Part shown: positions 13,601 to 26,800 of the stretch, piece by piece
How the letters are laid out: the number at the start of each line of letters is the position of its first letter
Position numbering within the stretch: position 1 is the first letter of the stretch
DNA from: Pelomyxa schiedti
Taxonomy: Eukaryota > Protista > Evosea
Assembly: GCA_020536535.1 (NCBI GenBank)
Contig: JAHLWZ010000841.1
Coordinates: forward strand, 18,197-82,196
Length of the DNA: 64,000 nt
Direction: 5' to 3'
The notes under the pieces: generated by a model
Told to the model about the DNA's origin: nothing
Database searches by the model: none
Seen by the model: only the letters and a program-made list of their open reading frames with translations
Program-made: the position numbers and the translations under genes

Positions 13601-15241
13601 CTCGTCCCTTCGCAGCAATATCCAAAAGGGTGGCGTGAGAGCAGTCACTTCCAATCCCAAGAGCAAATACAAAGGTATCTCCCACGGAACAGTGACGCTC
13701 AATTTTTTCCATCACTGCGATGCTCTTGCCAATGTATCCATCGGTGATTATAATAACATACCGCAATGCTCCGTTTTGAACAGGTCTTTCCAGAATGTGT
13801 GCAAGTGGCTCAAGCAGCTCAGTTGCGCCCATGTTAGCATTCATTTGATCGACGTGCTTGGTTGCTGTTTCCAAGTTTGTTGCTGTGTACTCAGCACACT
13901 GCTCAAATAGGTGTGAAAAACTGCTTCCAAAGCTCACAACATCGAAGAATGTGCACCCTCTCCTCAAACTGTGGAGCAGAAGTTGAAGAGCGTGCCTCGT
14001 TTGTGTCATTTTTGCACCTTCCATGCTTCCAGAGCGGTCAACGACAACGATCACTTCTTGTTTCTTTGTAACCTCGGGAGATTGTTCGATTCGTGGGACT
14101 TTCAGCTTGATATAAAAGCATTTCGTTTGCTCCGCCGTATCCTCCTCCACAAAGGCAGACACGTGCGCGTGGTACGTCTTACGCGATGACGATGATGACG
14201 ATGGCGATGATGATGAAGAGCAGCTTGTGAGTGGTGGGACGTCTTCGAGGGAGCCTGCCGTGACGGAAGGTGTGATCTCAACTGGGACACGTGTGTCGTA
14301 CGTTGGCAGCCCAGAAAATGTCACAAGAAGATCGCTTCCGAGCCGGGCAACATCAGGAGGAAAACTGAAACGAGTGTGTATCTCCCCCTTCGAGACTGCC
14401 TCGTGGCTGGAGTGAAGAGTGGTGGCCTTCATTTCAGCACAAACAACAATGCTTGCCCCAGAGGTGTTCACAACCACAGCTACATCCTCAGTGCCTGTAT
14501 TGATGAGAAAACAAAAACAGCAAAAGAGGGATCTTTCCAACCTTGGTGCCCTGCCCAAATTGCACCAGGTATATTCAACTGACACTGGCTCAGTTCCTCT
14601 GTCACTTCTTCATCAGCTTCGTTAATCAGAGAGTTTGAGTCCAGCCGGTTGCTAACAACCTCTTCCATTAATGCGATGTAAGACAGCCTGACGACGCCGG
14701 AAATAGATCCGCCGGGATTGCTGGGCTTGATCCGGGGTCCTCCCACAATTAGCGTCCTGCCATCCACCACGCGCAGCGCCTTCTCCAGTGTCGGCCAACA
14801 GGCTGGATCCCTTCTGTCGCCGTCGTGGTCGTCGTCGGAATAGGCCTGGCACCTGAGGCACGGCTGGCCCTGGTCGCCTGTGCTGTTGTAGTAGTGCTCT
14901 GAGCCCCAGTCTCCTTCGTAGCATACGGAATCTACGGGACACTGGTGGCACGTGATGGGGGCCGAGAGCACGGTTGGGAGGCCGAAACTGGGGTCGCCGG
15001 TTTCGACGGTTGTTGTGCCATCAATCACGAGTTTGTTGTAGGTCTGAAGGACAGTGACATGGACTGCGGAGTGGAGGAGCCCCGAGCGAACTAAATCGAC
15101 TTGGACAGTCGTGCCCTGTGGACTTATGGGACGACCCTCGTGGGTGTACAGCCCTAGGTGTGAAGGCGAGAACGTTGGCCTCGTATTGGTCAGAGCTCGT
15201 GCTCTAGCATGCAGGGTCTCTTCGAAGTCGCCTCCGTACAT
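10683..15241 (-). CDS. VWA5A/PARP4-like VIT + von Willebrand A domain protein, about 1500 aa, one intron
   Basis: MIDAS VVVDRSGSM, IIITDG and FALGIG in the 1300-aa ORF; full VIT domain (VEQCFVN..VEAVYVLPLP..YDDAIASGH..LLEQ..FRISIGNL); C-terminal QQNVDGFW and WATCLAVAFL motifs. A 47-nt GT-AG intron at 14495-14541 joins ORF 14480-15295 in frame (GHQG|TED). Confidence 0.85.
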
Positions 15242-15493
15242 CTTCCTTTTTTTGATCCCTCTTTTTTCCTTTTCTCGATCCCGCTGATTTTCCAACGTAC
15301 ACAGCAGGTTCGAAGAATACTGCCATCAAGAGCACAGTGTTAATGGACTTTGGGGACTTGCCAACAGTGGCCAGTGATCATTCGTAAAACTTCTTCTACA
15401 GCGACCAAGGCCTCGTTGGAATTTGAATTGGAAAAAAACAATATTTGAAATACTCAATACTCAGTGCGTGATTGCCTGTTGGTGCTACGGAAC

Positions 15494-16258
15494 TTATTGC
15501 CGTTTAAGCAGTTCCTCTCTTTCCATTGTTAGAGCCACAGTCTGCCTTTCAAGTTCTTCTATCTGAGAAATATTGTGAGATGGTATAGAAGTGAGCACAG
15601 AAGTACCTTTATTTTCAGTTCCCATGCATAATTTGCCAGTGTACTGATTTTCAGTTGCAGTTCCAAACGCTCGGTACTGAGGCATGTATTTGTTCTCTCC
15701 AGTGTTGCTATGTACTCCTTCTTTCGTTTTCTTGACTCTGCAGCGGAAATACGATTCTTTGCTCTTCTGTATTCCAAGCTATTCCACTATTAACAAAGAC
15801 GAGTAGAAAAACCTAATGAGGTGTACCTTTCGGGGAGAATAGGCTTTCTACCACTTTTTTTGGCTTTGCCTTGGTGACTCGCAGGTTGCGGCACACTATT
15901 TTTCCTATCATTTTCAGGATTTTGTAACAAAGAGTACCTTTCTTCTGTCATACAGTAACTGGGAATGTAAACTTCACCGAGCTGAGGTTCATTATATACA
16001 CCTTGTGAACTTAAGTTTGTCACGTATTCCGCTTCTGGCTGGTCGTGAATGATGATTACAAGAACAATACCTACGAGGTTGAAATGCACACAGGTACTCC
16101 GAATTTTGTTCGTCACCAGTACCAAGTACTCCGTTCCATTCCATGGGCACTTCTACTGTCCTATTAAGGGGCTCCATTGACAATCAAGTGTTACCTAGGC
16201 CCTCTGGTACCATAAACTGTGGGGTACAAGTGGAAATAAAATCTCCAGTAGGCTCCAT
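15494..16258 (-). CDS. bZIP transcription factor (ends approximate)
   Basis: Basic region plus zipper RRAKNRISAAESRKRKKEYIATLERTNTCLSTERLELQLKI at 15640-15777. Confidence 0.8.
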
Positions 16259-16701
16259 TTCCTACATAATAGGAAGGGATTTTAAATACGAAGGTGGTGA
16301 GGAAGACGAAATCCTCGTAGTGGGGCACGGGGGAGGGTTTCGTAAAAAACCTGCGGACACGTCAGCTACGTCACACCACACGTGGATTTTTTTCAGTTAG
16401 GTTTAGGTTTTGTTTCCTTTTTCAAAGTTGTACATAGTTTTGCAATTGCCACAAGCAGATCACTCCCCAGTCCCTCTTACTGTCCATCTGAGGTGGAGAC
16501 GTTCAACCGAGGAGTAACCTGGAGTGGGCGATTGTACGGTGAAATGAGAAAAACAGTGAATCTCGAGAAATTCCTGCAGCTCGAGAAGGGGAAATCACGG
16601 AAATCAGTCGTCGGCTTTGCCCTCCCAAAAGCCACAACAGCAAACAAAACCGACCCAAAAAAAACCAAACAACCGCAGAACCCAAAACGCAAGGGACTGA
16701 G

Positions 16702-17961
16702 ATGGCCGCTACGGATAGTACTATTGAAGCAGAAACACTCAGACTCCACGATGCCATGGCTGGCTTCGGTGTGTTTTTTTGTTTGTTTTTTTCCCTCTTA
16801 CACCAAAATAAGGGACGAATGAGGATGCGCTGATTGAGATCATTGGAGGAACGCCAAGGCCTCGCCTTATGAAAATTGGCGTGGAGTATATCAATAGATA
16901 CCACAAAAGTATGTGGGAGGACATAAAGGGTGATACCTCGGGGAACTTCGGGGTGTGCCAGCTTAGCTTTTTCATAATTGAATTTGCTGATTAACCTGTC
17001 CGTTTAGAAACTGCTTCAAGGATTAGGTATTTTTCTTTTGAGATAGGAATCTACATTCGAGTGCTTACACACAAATACCAGTTACTCCACGTGGCATATA
17101 CCTTGCTGAGCTGATTCATTTGGCTACTCATGGCCTTGGTACTAACGACCGCTTGCTCATTGATGTAGTTTGTCAGATTTGTCCACAAGAAGTCAAACTG
17201 CTCAACAATGTTCGTTGTCTACAAGTATACGCTGTACACTGAAATCATTCACAGGAATATGAACCAATCTACAAGAAAACTGCTGAGCACGTTGTTCATT
17301 CAGATACTAGTGGTAACTACAGGAAGATTTTGATAAGTGTACTTCAGGTATAACTTTCGAGTTGGTTTCTTTTAGTAACGTCAAACAGGGCAGCAGACCC
17401 GAGCCAGGGACAGTGGATGAAAGCACTGTTGCGTCAGACTCTGACCGTATGTTTGCTTCAGGGGAAGCATCCCGGGATGATGCCTTTGTCGAAATCATAC
17501 CGCATCGTTCTGCAGAACACCTGCAACGTGTTTCACACCACATGAAAACTGCACATGGCCACACACTTGAGGCTGAAATCATCAAGAGGACCTGCGGTGA
17601 TTTCCAGGATGCTCTCCTTGCGCTTTGCACACCCAGGGCCAACTATATTGCTAAGTCTATCTTTGATGCCACCCACATTTCTGGTAAAGACTCCTCCAGC
17701 CCACCCTCTTCAACTTTCACAAAACGCCCACTGTATACTAATACCACAAACAAAATCCCCCCCAAATTTAACATTCTTGCAGGAACTAACAATTCCCTTC
17801 TGATCCGCATATTCTGCATGAATGATCGCGAGACACTTCAAGCTGGCATAGCTGCCTATCACCAACGAACCAACCGGAACATGGTTGATGACATTGTGGC
17901 TGATGTGAGTGGCCCACTGGAAAAGAAATTCCGTCAGCTTCTCGTTCGCCTCCTTCAGTGA
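16702..17961 (+). CDS. Annexin
   Basis: Annexin repeats after splicing: AMAGF/GTNEDALIEII..IKGDTSGNF, GLGTNDRLLIDVV, DTSGNYRKIL, TLEAEIIKRTCGDFQDALLAL, GTNNSLLIRI; ATG at 16702. Confidence 0.9.
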
Positions 17962-18242
17962 TTCTGGGCTACAGTAGATTGTGCTTTTTTTGTTGGGAAG
18001 AATATAACACACAATTCAAAGGAAGAAGTGAAAAACATGACAAAAGGAAAGATGCACAGAAAATCAGTAAAAACAACACAGAAAAACGTGGAAATTAAAA
18101 GTACAAACAAACCCACGAGCGCCCCAGAAATTGGGTGTAAAGATCCGGTGTTTCAGGAGGCACTCGTTCCCTGCATATTTTTTCGCCCGCCTCGAAAAAT
18201 CACAAAATTAGAACAACAAAAAAACGGACGGAGGAGTGTCGA

Positions 18243-21200
18243 ATGAACGGCAATAAGCCTTTGTTGGACCAAGATGAGCAAGATGACAGGCACCAATCGG
18301 GGGAACGTAATGTGAAGACGCACCAGAGGGGCGTAAACGACTCGTCATCTTCGTCGTCGCGCGGCGTTTCCGTGCACAAACTATGGGCCACCCCTCCAGA
18401 TCTCGGCTCGGCTCCCCCGCCTTCCCCTCGTCGCGCCCGCAGCAGCGGCGCGATGGAGGAGGCGCGACTTCGCACAAAGATAATACGCAAGGGCGCGTAT
18501 CACGCTGCTGCATGGTGGGTCTGCTTGTCATTAGCCGTGTGTGCGTGCGCGGCGGCCTCGGATTTGTGGCTGTGGAGGATCGCCCCAGTGGTGGAGAGTA
18601 GGGTGAAGGGAACTTTTTCTGAGGAGAGGGCTTTTGATTGGCTTACTGCAATTGCTTGTATTTGGCTGGCTGTTTTTTTTCTTTGGTTTTGAAGTTTTTT
18701 TTTTTTTTTTTGCTCTTGTTCTTTTTTGGTTTGCCACACGTCTCATTTGCGACAGCAATGGGGCCACGTTGCGTTGGAAGCGGGACTCTCCTCGATGTGT
18801 ACTCTTATCTCCAGGAGCAAGTCACAGATATGACTGAAAATCAGATCAATCAAAACCTTTCTGTCGAGATGAATTTTACGTATGTTCTGTACCAGTTCTA
18901 GACTAGTATCATTTTTGTGAAGGACTTCACTTTCTGGTGCTGGAGAGAGTGTCATCTACTATGAACTTCCTATGTTGTATGTTAAACTGTCCTGTGCAGG
19001 TATGATCATCGGTTTTTACTCTCTCTGAAGCAATTTTCAGAATCTGAAGATCCTAGCTTGCTTCTCATTGCTCACGCTGGTATCTTTTAAACCATTTTGT
19101 ATATGGTTTTAATCTAAATATCCAGATTCGGTGTGCACAGGGTTTGTACATCTCATGAGGGCATCATTAATTTTTGTTAGGCAGGGAGTATCTGACAATG
19201 CATATGGAGTGTCTGAATTTCTCGAGATAATTTACACTTTAACTAGTTCAGCAGACATAACTCTCAAGTACTGTCATGCCAAATAATACAGCTACCAACA
19301 CATGTTACAGATCTCCTATTATTTTTTTGTTCTCTGTCTCCGAATTTGGACTTCCACCGGTGAGTGGGGCTCTGAGGTCTCTTCCGTGGAATGTGTATGT
19401 GTACTTCGTTTTTTTTTACCTCTGATTATGTCAGGAGTTCAGCTAACGCCTTTCTCTCTTTTGATTCTGCTGGTTCCGCAGTCGAGATTGCACTCTTTGC
19501 ACATGTGATCACCCACCCACCAATATTAGTTTTAATTTGTTTTTAGGCAGACACTATGAAATTGGCCAGCCCTTATGAAAACGCTCCATATCCTATGTCT
19601 ATTCCCTTTTTTGATGACTTATTTCGGTTTGAACGTTCCGAACAAACTGGGTTTAGTAATTGTTAAGCAGACATGGATTCTTCTTGAGAACAAACAACCA
19701 CAGTATAAAGTATTCTCTACCTTTCGGCAGGCAATCAACACAATATTTTTCTAGTATATGATGAACTTGGACTCCCAGGGGCTCAGTTTATTCACTTCCC
19801 CTACGCCGATACCTATCACACTGCACTGGACGATTTGGATCACGTGAGGACAGGTACTTTGCAGGCTGACGGAGAAAACACAATGTATCCCAACAGTACT
19901 TTATGAAAATTCTAATTTCAATTTAGGCACTTATTACAAACACTCGTAATGGAAAATACTCTTTCCTCTCAACTTGAGAAGCAATCCAAAGGGGATTCCG
20001 TAATATGGACTGGGCCGGGCATGTTAATTGTCTCAAGAGTGAACTCCATACGAGTAGTTTGGCTCTCGTTCACCTTAGCTGTTTTGGTGGGCTTTGGTGG
20101 ATGTGCTTTACTTGCACTTGCGAAAGAGTTTATAACTCTCAAACGCCTACTCAACTTGGGACTCGTGAGCGCGATTTCTTTATTATATACTATACTGGGT
20201 TCTGCAACAGGGCTAGGCTTATCACTGCTGTTGGGGGAATTTTTATCATTGGCAAATCCATTTACCTACTGTAGCAATTATCTAGAAATCTGCCTCATGT
20301 TTGTCCTGGCTCCTTTGTAACATTTTCCAATATCTTACCAGGTGTGCTTCTTGCTGTGTAATTGGAGCCTCCTTGCATTCGTTCCTTTTAGAAGAGACAA
20401 TTTGGCAAATGAAGAAGCGTGGAAAAATCGGACGTTTACTGCCAATTGATTTACAGATATGCTGCCTTGTGGGTGTAAGCATAATGTGCGTTGTTGCTTG
20501 CGCCGTTTTTCATATTAATTGTGGTAGGTATAACATCATTACTGTCACACTTCTTGCTGCGGACTACCGATTCGCCTCAATATTCATTTATCCTTCCCTA
20601 GCAGGTTGTCTTACCAATACTGGTCCGTTAATTGACTTCTCCCTCAGGACCAGTCTGTATTGCGTTGCAGATAGGCACTAAAGTTTTGTTTACACACATT
20701 ACCTTCCTCAAATTATGTCAGGTAAATTCCCATCATCAAAAGGAAACAGTAACAACAACCTTAGTTGAAATGGTACGGCCGCCTTTTACGGGCCGTTGTA
20801 TGCCAGTGGGTTCCTTTCGCCGCATTACTAGCGTTTCCTTTTTTCTTTGTATTTCCAACAATTGTACCCTTCCTACGTTGAATTCCCCCATCTCATTTCA
20901 AAAAGATTTTTGTAATATCTTCCATGGGACCCCAGGTACAATACTCGCAAACTATGCTTAATTAAGCTGGTTACAGCTTGCCAACTATACTCTATCTGGT
21001 ACTCTAATCTTATGTACAGTTGTCACACTCCTGTTTATGGTTTGGGAATATTTCCTCCCCCCCATTGCCTCCATTTAAATGACCAAAACTTAGTCTTCTA
21101 TCCAAATTTTAATACCATATACACACGGTGGGACAACACTCACCTGGGGGGATGCAAGCTCGAGATTTGCAAACTCCGAAAGGTTCAACCTAGGCCTTCA

Positions 21201-22117
21201 CAACTATTTCTAAGCCATCATTAGTTGTGGAGTTCTACCTGAGCCAGTAACTCATATACAAGGTTCACGCTCCACGGGGCTGTGGGTCGTAGCCATATTC
21301 TTTGCAACGGTTGCTATGTGTCTATTTGTTGCATCGATGTGCTTGGCACCTTTTACAGAATACGTACATTTGAAGTACTATGCTTCAATGGTTCATAAAC
21401 CGACAGAAAATGACACATATGTGTGCTGCTTCTTCATATTCCCCGCACATCTAAACAAACACAGATAGTTGTTGTTCCTGCTACTGGAGATTCTACACTA
21501 CATGACTATCTTTCCTCCTTTGGGTACAACAGTTTGGAAAGTTGCCCCTCATTCTGGTCTGGAGTGGCTAGTAACCGTATTGATTGCTATCCAGCCGAGC
21601 TGCCCTCCACTCTGGTCACGGAATCAATTACTGTGAGTTAATTTTCCTTTCTTTCTCCTCATCACTTTAAACTAGCAAGAGGAATATTTCAACACAAGTA
21701 CCTCAACCAGGAACATTGAACTATCCATCAATGGCACTCGCTTCCCCTGGATTACTCTCTACTTTGACCAGGAAGTCTCTGGTGATATCACGTTTGACGG
21801 TGTCCAGGCTTTGTACGTACACAATTGGTTGTAATTTCACTCCCCACTAAACAAAAAACCCTCACAGAGGCACCACCCTCCAAGCCAACGAACCCTTCAA
21901 GTACTACAGCGGCAATCCAGACCTACATCAGCACAACATCACCATCGCTCTGCCGTATCACACTGCCTCACTTGTAGTGAACGTGCTATGCCAGTCCCCT
22001 GATGTTGACCCACAAATATCACAGCTTTGGGACGATTCGCCCGTTTGGAGTCTGCTGTGGGGACCTGACTACCAACCAACAGTGATTCACCTGGTGGCCT
22101 CCTTCCCTGCCCTTTGA
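18243..22117 (+). CDS. M28-family membrane metallopeptidase (ERMP1-like)
   Basis: N-terminal TM then FSEERAFDWL; spliced LLLIAHA/DSV..GVSDNAYGV metal-ligand motifs; YHTALDDLDH; multiple TM exons; stop TGA 22115-22117. Confidence 0.8.
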
Positions 22118-22200
22118 GTTTAGTGTAGCACCAACAATGAATACTAAATAAATGAATGTACTTTTTGTTGTGTGAAATACAGTGGTTTTTCCTTTTTTTG

Positions 22201-23547
22201 TCACTCCGAGGAATCAGAGTCTGAAGATACTGATGACGATTCTGAAGAGGAAGAAGAAGAGGATTCTGATGAGGAAGAGGATTCTGAGGATGAAGAGGAA
22301 TGATGTTTTCTTTTAGTTCTCAAATGTGACTTCTTTTTAGCTTTGGTCTTGGCCTTGCTGGTTTTATCTGGTTTTTTCTTGGAGTGCAGTTTGGGAATAC
22401 GTCCTGCTATGACTGCTACACGGTGTTTCTCTTTCATTTTTTCCACAGCATAGCGTATGCCCTCTTTGGACATTTGTTGGCGGTGAGTGCCTATAAAGTC
22501 CAGAACACATTGTGTGTCAGCGAGGCTAAGTTCCCTTAGAAGCCACCCAACACCGAGCTGCACAAATCGGAATTCTTCCCTAAAATAATTGTGAGGAGTT
22601 GGTGAATGTGGAATTCTTTGCAGTACACACTTGACACATTTCTCACAGATTTTCAGGATAGTAAAATTGTGCTTTCCAAATCTGGCCAGTTTCACAAAAG
22701 AAACGCAGCAGCAACGCTTCACCCATACGCAAGGATCAGTCCTCCATCTTGATACTATATCAACACATTCCGTATTATCTTTCAGCATATAAAATACTAC
22801 CTACTCAAAAGAGATTAGCCAAAGCTAAGCACACAACACAACAGACATAGGCACCTTGGATGCAACGGTGTCACATGATGCCCAATCATGCAAGCATTCA
22901 ACGAGGGCCAATCTGATTCGCTCCAGGTCTCGTCGTGGATTCAGTAACTTGACATACTTGGAGAGGAATATCGCGCCCGCACTCCGCATTTCAATGAACA
23001 TATCTAAACATCAATTAAGAGACGGAGCCGGGAAAAAAAACAAAAAAAAAAAACAAAACCCCAGGCACACACCATTTAATAGCACGAATCCAGCTTCTAT
23101 CATTTCAGATGGGTCAGCTGATTTGATCAGTGGCCTCGTAATGGCCAGCACCTCAGGAGACCTCACTCCCAGGCTTTGAACGCGGTTTTTCATGTACGAT
23201 TGCATCCTCGACGCCTGCGCGTGGTTGGTCTTGCCCCTTAGCTTCTTCTTGACCTCCGCGACGACCTCTCTCGCAAAGTCATATTTCACATCAACACCAT
23301 CGAGGATGGGATCCCAATAGAGGCGTTGCGGCTGCGACGAGGCTGCTGTGGTGCTGGTTGTGGTGCTCGTCGTGGTAGAAGTGGCCGAGGATTGTTCGCT
23401 GCTGTCGGATTCGGCGTCGCCACTATTGTTGGCGGTGTCGGAGGTGGTGGTAACGTAGGCACAACAGTGTGGAGTTATGGGAGCAACGGGAGTGGCAGTT
23501 CTCGACGTTTTGGGAAGAGGGCCAGAGGGACGCTGTGCCCCGTCCAT
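22201..23547 (-). CDS. AlkD-like (HEAT-like repeat) DNA alkylation repair glycosylase with S/K-rich tail
   Basis: MQSYMK..LGVRSP, DWASCDT, WVKRCCCVSF, FVQLGVGWLLRE and IRYAVEKM match DNA_alkylation/AlkD family motifs. Confidence 0.8.
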
Positions 23548-23768
23548 ATTTTGAACCGTTTAATTTGGGGTCTGTTTGGATCTATTCACTTCTCAGGGGG
23601 TGCTGGGGTCATTCTCGCCTCAGAATCACAACAGGGGAATGGTGCCGGTTGGTTTGGAAGTAGACAACCATTTCACTGGAAGTCCTGTCGAGACTCCCAC
23701 AAGGAGAGAAAATTTCGTTCCAACTGTAGATGTCGGTTCTTTCTGTGTGGAAACGCGAGATTTCACTT

Positions 23769-23856
23769 GGCTGAATAAAAAAAACACCATACCACCGAGC
23801 CTGAGCGACGATAACGAAAGTACAGCGTTCCGGTCTGTTGATTATTTTATTCAGCC
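23769..23856. mobile_element. 88-bp MITE, copy 1
   Basis: 12-bp TIR GGCTGAATAAAA...TTTTATTCAGCC flanked by ACTT direct repeats (23765-23768 and 23857-23860); similar to copies at 52252 and 52348 in the opposite orientation. Confidence 0.85.
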
Positions 23857-23889
23857 ACTTGGTGAAGTTGAGGGGAACTCCATAGATCA

Positions 23890-26800
23890 ATGTCGGGTGG
23901 TGGTAAGTCATGCTACGCCAGTGACAACACGACAAGTGGCGGTGGCGGCACGTCCCCTACTCCGGCGCCTTTGCCGGTGTTGCTCCCTCCAGATCCAAGT
24001 CGGCCGTCACCTTACGCTGCTAGTGCCGCTACAACAACTTCTACTTCTTCTTCTTCGAGTGGTGGGGGCGGCAGCGGGGAGGCGGTTGTGGCTAGTGACG
24101 GGCTTGAGATTTGTGCAGTTTTCTCCTCTGTTTGCGGGGCAAATATTAGCGGGCTCCCTGGGGTGGGGCTTTGTTCCATTTCTTCGTGTTTTTGTTGAGG
24201 TTGGCTCTTTCTAACTTCTGCGGCCAAGGGAGGAGATAGTCTATTCGCTGCCATTGAAGTTATGGGTACACCACCGGGATTCAAATCTCAGTTGAAGAAA
24301 GATGTCATCTTGATTGTGCGTGTGCAATCCCAGATATTCAATCTTAGTACCTGCTGAACTTTGTATAACAAGGTCGATGTAAGTGGTTCAATGTGTACAG
24401 CAATGACCCAAGTCCATGAGGCAGTGAACTGCGTAGCTAGAGCTCTAGGGTAGAACTTAGAGTGTAGTTTTGTACTCTCCTCATTCCTTATGATTTTTTT
24501 TCCCAGAAAGGGAGATAGACTGGGTATAGTCTCCTTCAACAACAATGCCAGCATCATTTTGCGTTTATGTGCCCCAACTGGCAAGGAAATAGCAAGCGCA
24601 TGTAAAAAGCTGGTTGCTGATGGTGGCACAAACATCGAGGCCGGAATAAGGGTATCCCAGTATTGCCATGTCATTCAAAAATAAATTGAATTGTAATTGT
24701 GACGATGCAGGAAGCATATGAACTTATCCTGGACGCTGAATCGATGACTGATGGTAGAATAACAACGGTTATCCTTTTATCAGATGGGTATGATAATCGT
24801 GACACTCTAAGTTTTTACCTGCTACAGACAACCAAATTCGGGGATTTCTAATGCTCCCGAGCTTTGCGAGATTAGTAAACACTTGTTCCTTTCCTTAACG
24901 GGCGCATATCAAGTGCTTTTCCACTCCCTTGGCTTTACTGGTACCAGCAATCTTTTGTCATTATAGACTCTTAACCTTAGAAGATGGGCATGACCGGGTG
25001 CTACTATCTCAGCTCACCCAATGTGGGAACTTCGGAAAAAATGGGATGTATTACAGTCTATCCACTAACGAGGATATCAGAAGCTCTGTTGGTTTGTTTG
25101 CTCTACATTTGTTCTTAGGTAATCTCTTTTTTTTTTTCCCCAACCAAGGTGACTGTCTTGGGGGGAGCTCTCATATTTCGGCATCAAATATAGTGACTAC
25201 CTGCAACTCTTTTGATCGTGAAGAACATCGTATGTGCTGAATGGTTGCACTCGTGGCCTAAAATAAATTTTACTCCTTGCAGTAATTGCAGATGGACGTT
25301 TTCTAGTGTTCACAGGGCAAAATCAAGACCCAAGCAATTCTTGTAATTTGCCTCTCATAGCGGAGCATCAGCGGCATATATTTCTTATGTACCTGCCCTC
25401 TGTGCTGCCCAGTGCATTCTCCATCAAAGTTACGGTAACATTTCAGACCAATGATAAGCGTGCGACCTACCAAACTGTATTCTCTCCTGCATAAAGTATT
25501 CGTCTTACTACTTAATCAGATTGACTCTAAACTCACTGCTGAATCGCCCACTGATCACACGCCTCAGTTCCTCAAAGTAGCATCACAGGTATTTTTTTTA
25601 CTTAACGACTTGCATTGTCAATTTGGCTAGATTTTGCGTGTCAGAGTTGGTAATATGCTGAGTCACGCCAGTGACTCAGCATTTCATTCCCTGGCCAATG
25701 AAATTGAAACGCTTCATGACACCATTCTTCAAGTTCAGTTCAACTGCATCCCTTCACGAGGAACACCAACCCTAACACCACCTTACACAGATTTTTGAAA
25801 CTGTTCAACTTTCCGAAAGTGATATCCTTATACGAGAAGAACAATTACTTGATGCTTTAGAACGAGATTTGGGAGAGGTCTGAAAATACATTCTCTTTTC
25901 AAGTTATGATTTTGAACCAACTGCTACCAGGCTCTTGATATGGCCAGCCGGCGTACCCCTGCCAGTGATGCGCACAAAGTTGCTAGATTACTTCAGTTCT
26001 CATCAGAGCATCTACATCAACAAAGTGCCTCAACTGCGTCACATGTCAGGGACCTTTACACAACTCCACAACAAAATGCAATGCGGTTGAGATTTTTAGG
26101 TGGAACGAGCACAGTATGCCCTAGTTTGCAAGTAAAAATCTACTCATATTCCGCAGGAAGATGTCCAAGCAGCTAAAAGAGCGGTTCCTCTTGAAGAACC
26201 CAAGCTCACAGAAGCCCAGCTGAGCAAAAGGAGGTTTGTTTTATATCCTACGACATTGCAGTAATCAAGTATTATCTTTCTTACAGAGAAGTAGAGGAAG
26301 AGTGAGTACCTTCACCAAACTCTGTTTGTTTCACTCATTCACCAAGGTGCTGCTATGTTTCGTTGGAAAATTGGCGCACTTGCCACCTCGGGATTGGACT
26401 CTTGGTTCGCCCTCGCACTGCTAGAGAACGGTCAGCAATTAATACCACGCAATATCCATTAAACCAACTCAACAACTGGCAATAATTAGATTCAAGAATC
26501 TTATGCCACGCGTTGAGCTTGTTCAAGATTACCTTTCTTCTGAAGCCTATGATGCAGGTGTCAGGGCTGCAGTGACTTCTCCAAGTAACGCTTATCCTTC
26601 CACACTCCTTTTCTCAGCAGTAGTCTGCCAGCTGCTATGCTAGATCGAGAAGATGCAGAAGAGTTCGATAAACACTCCATGATGAGGTCTTCAGTGAGAG
26701 AGCGAGTTAATGCCTGGTAGTTCTATGGTCGGTTAAAAACGTTCTGATCTTTTTCTTTAGGCTTCCACTTTATATAAATTCAACGAATTGGAAATACTCA

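Noticed and set aside
16397-16410. TTAGGTTTAGGTTT matching the predicted TTTAGG telomere repeat
   Set aside because: Only about two units in a T-rich intergenic region; expected by chance, so not counted as support.
19080-19125. GTATC-starting introns (also about 24652 plus and 38158 minus) as canonical U12-type introns
   Set aside because: None has the full GTATCCTT together with a TCCTTAAC branch point; compatible with ordinary U2-type donors.
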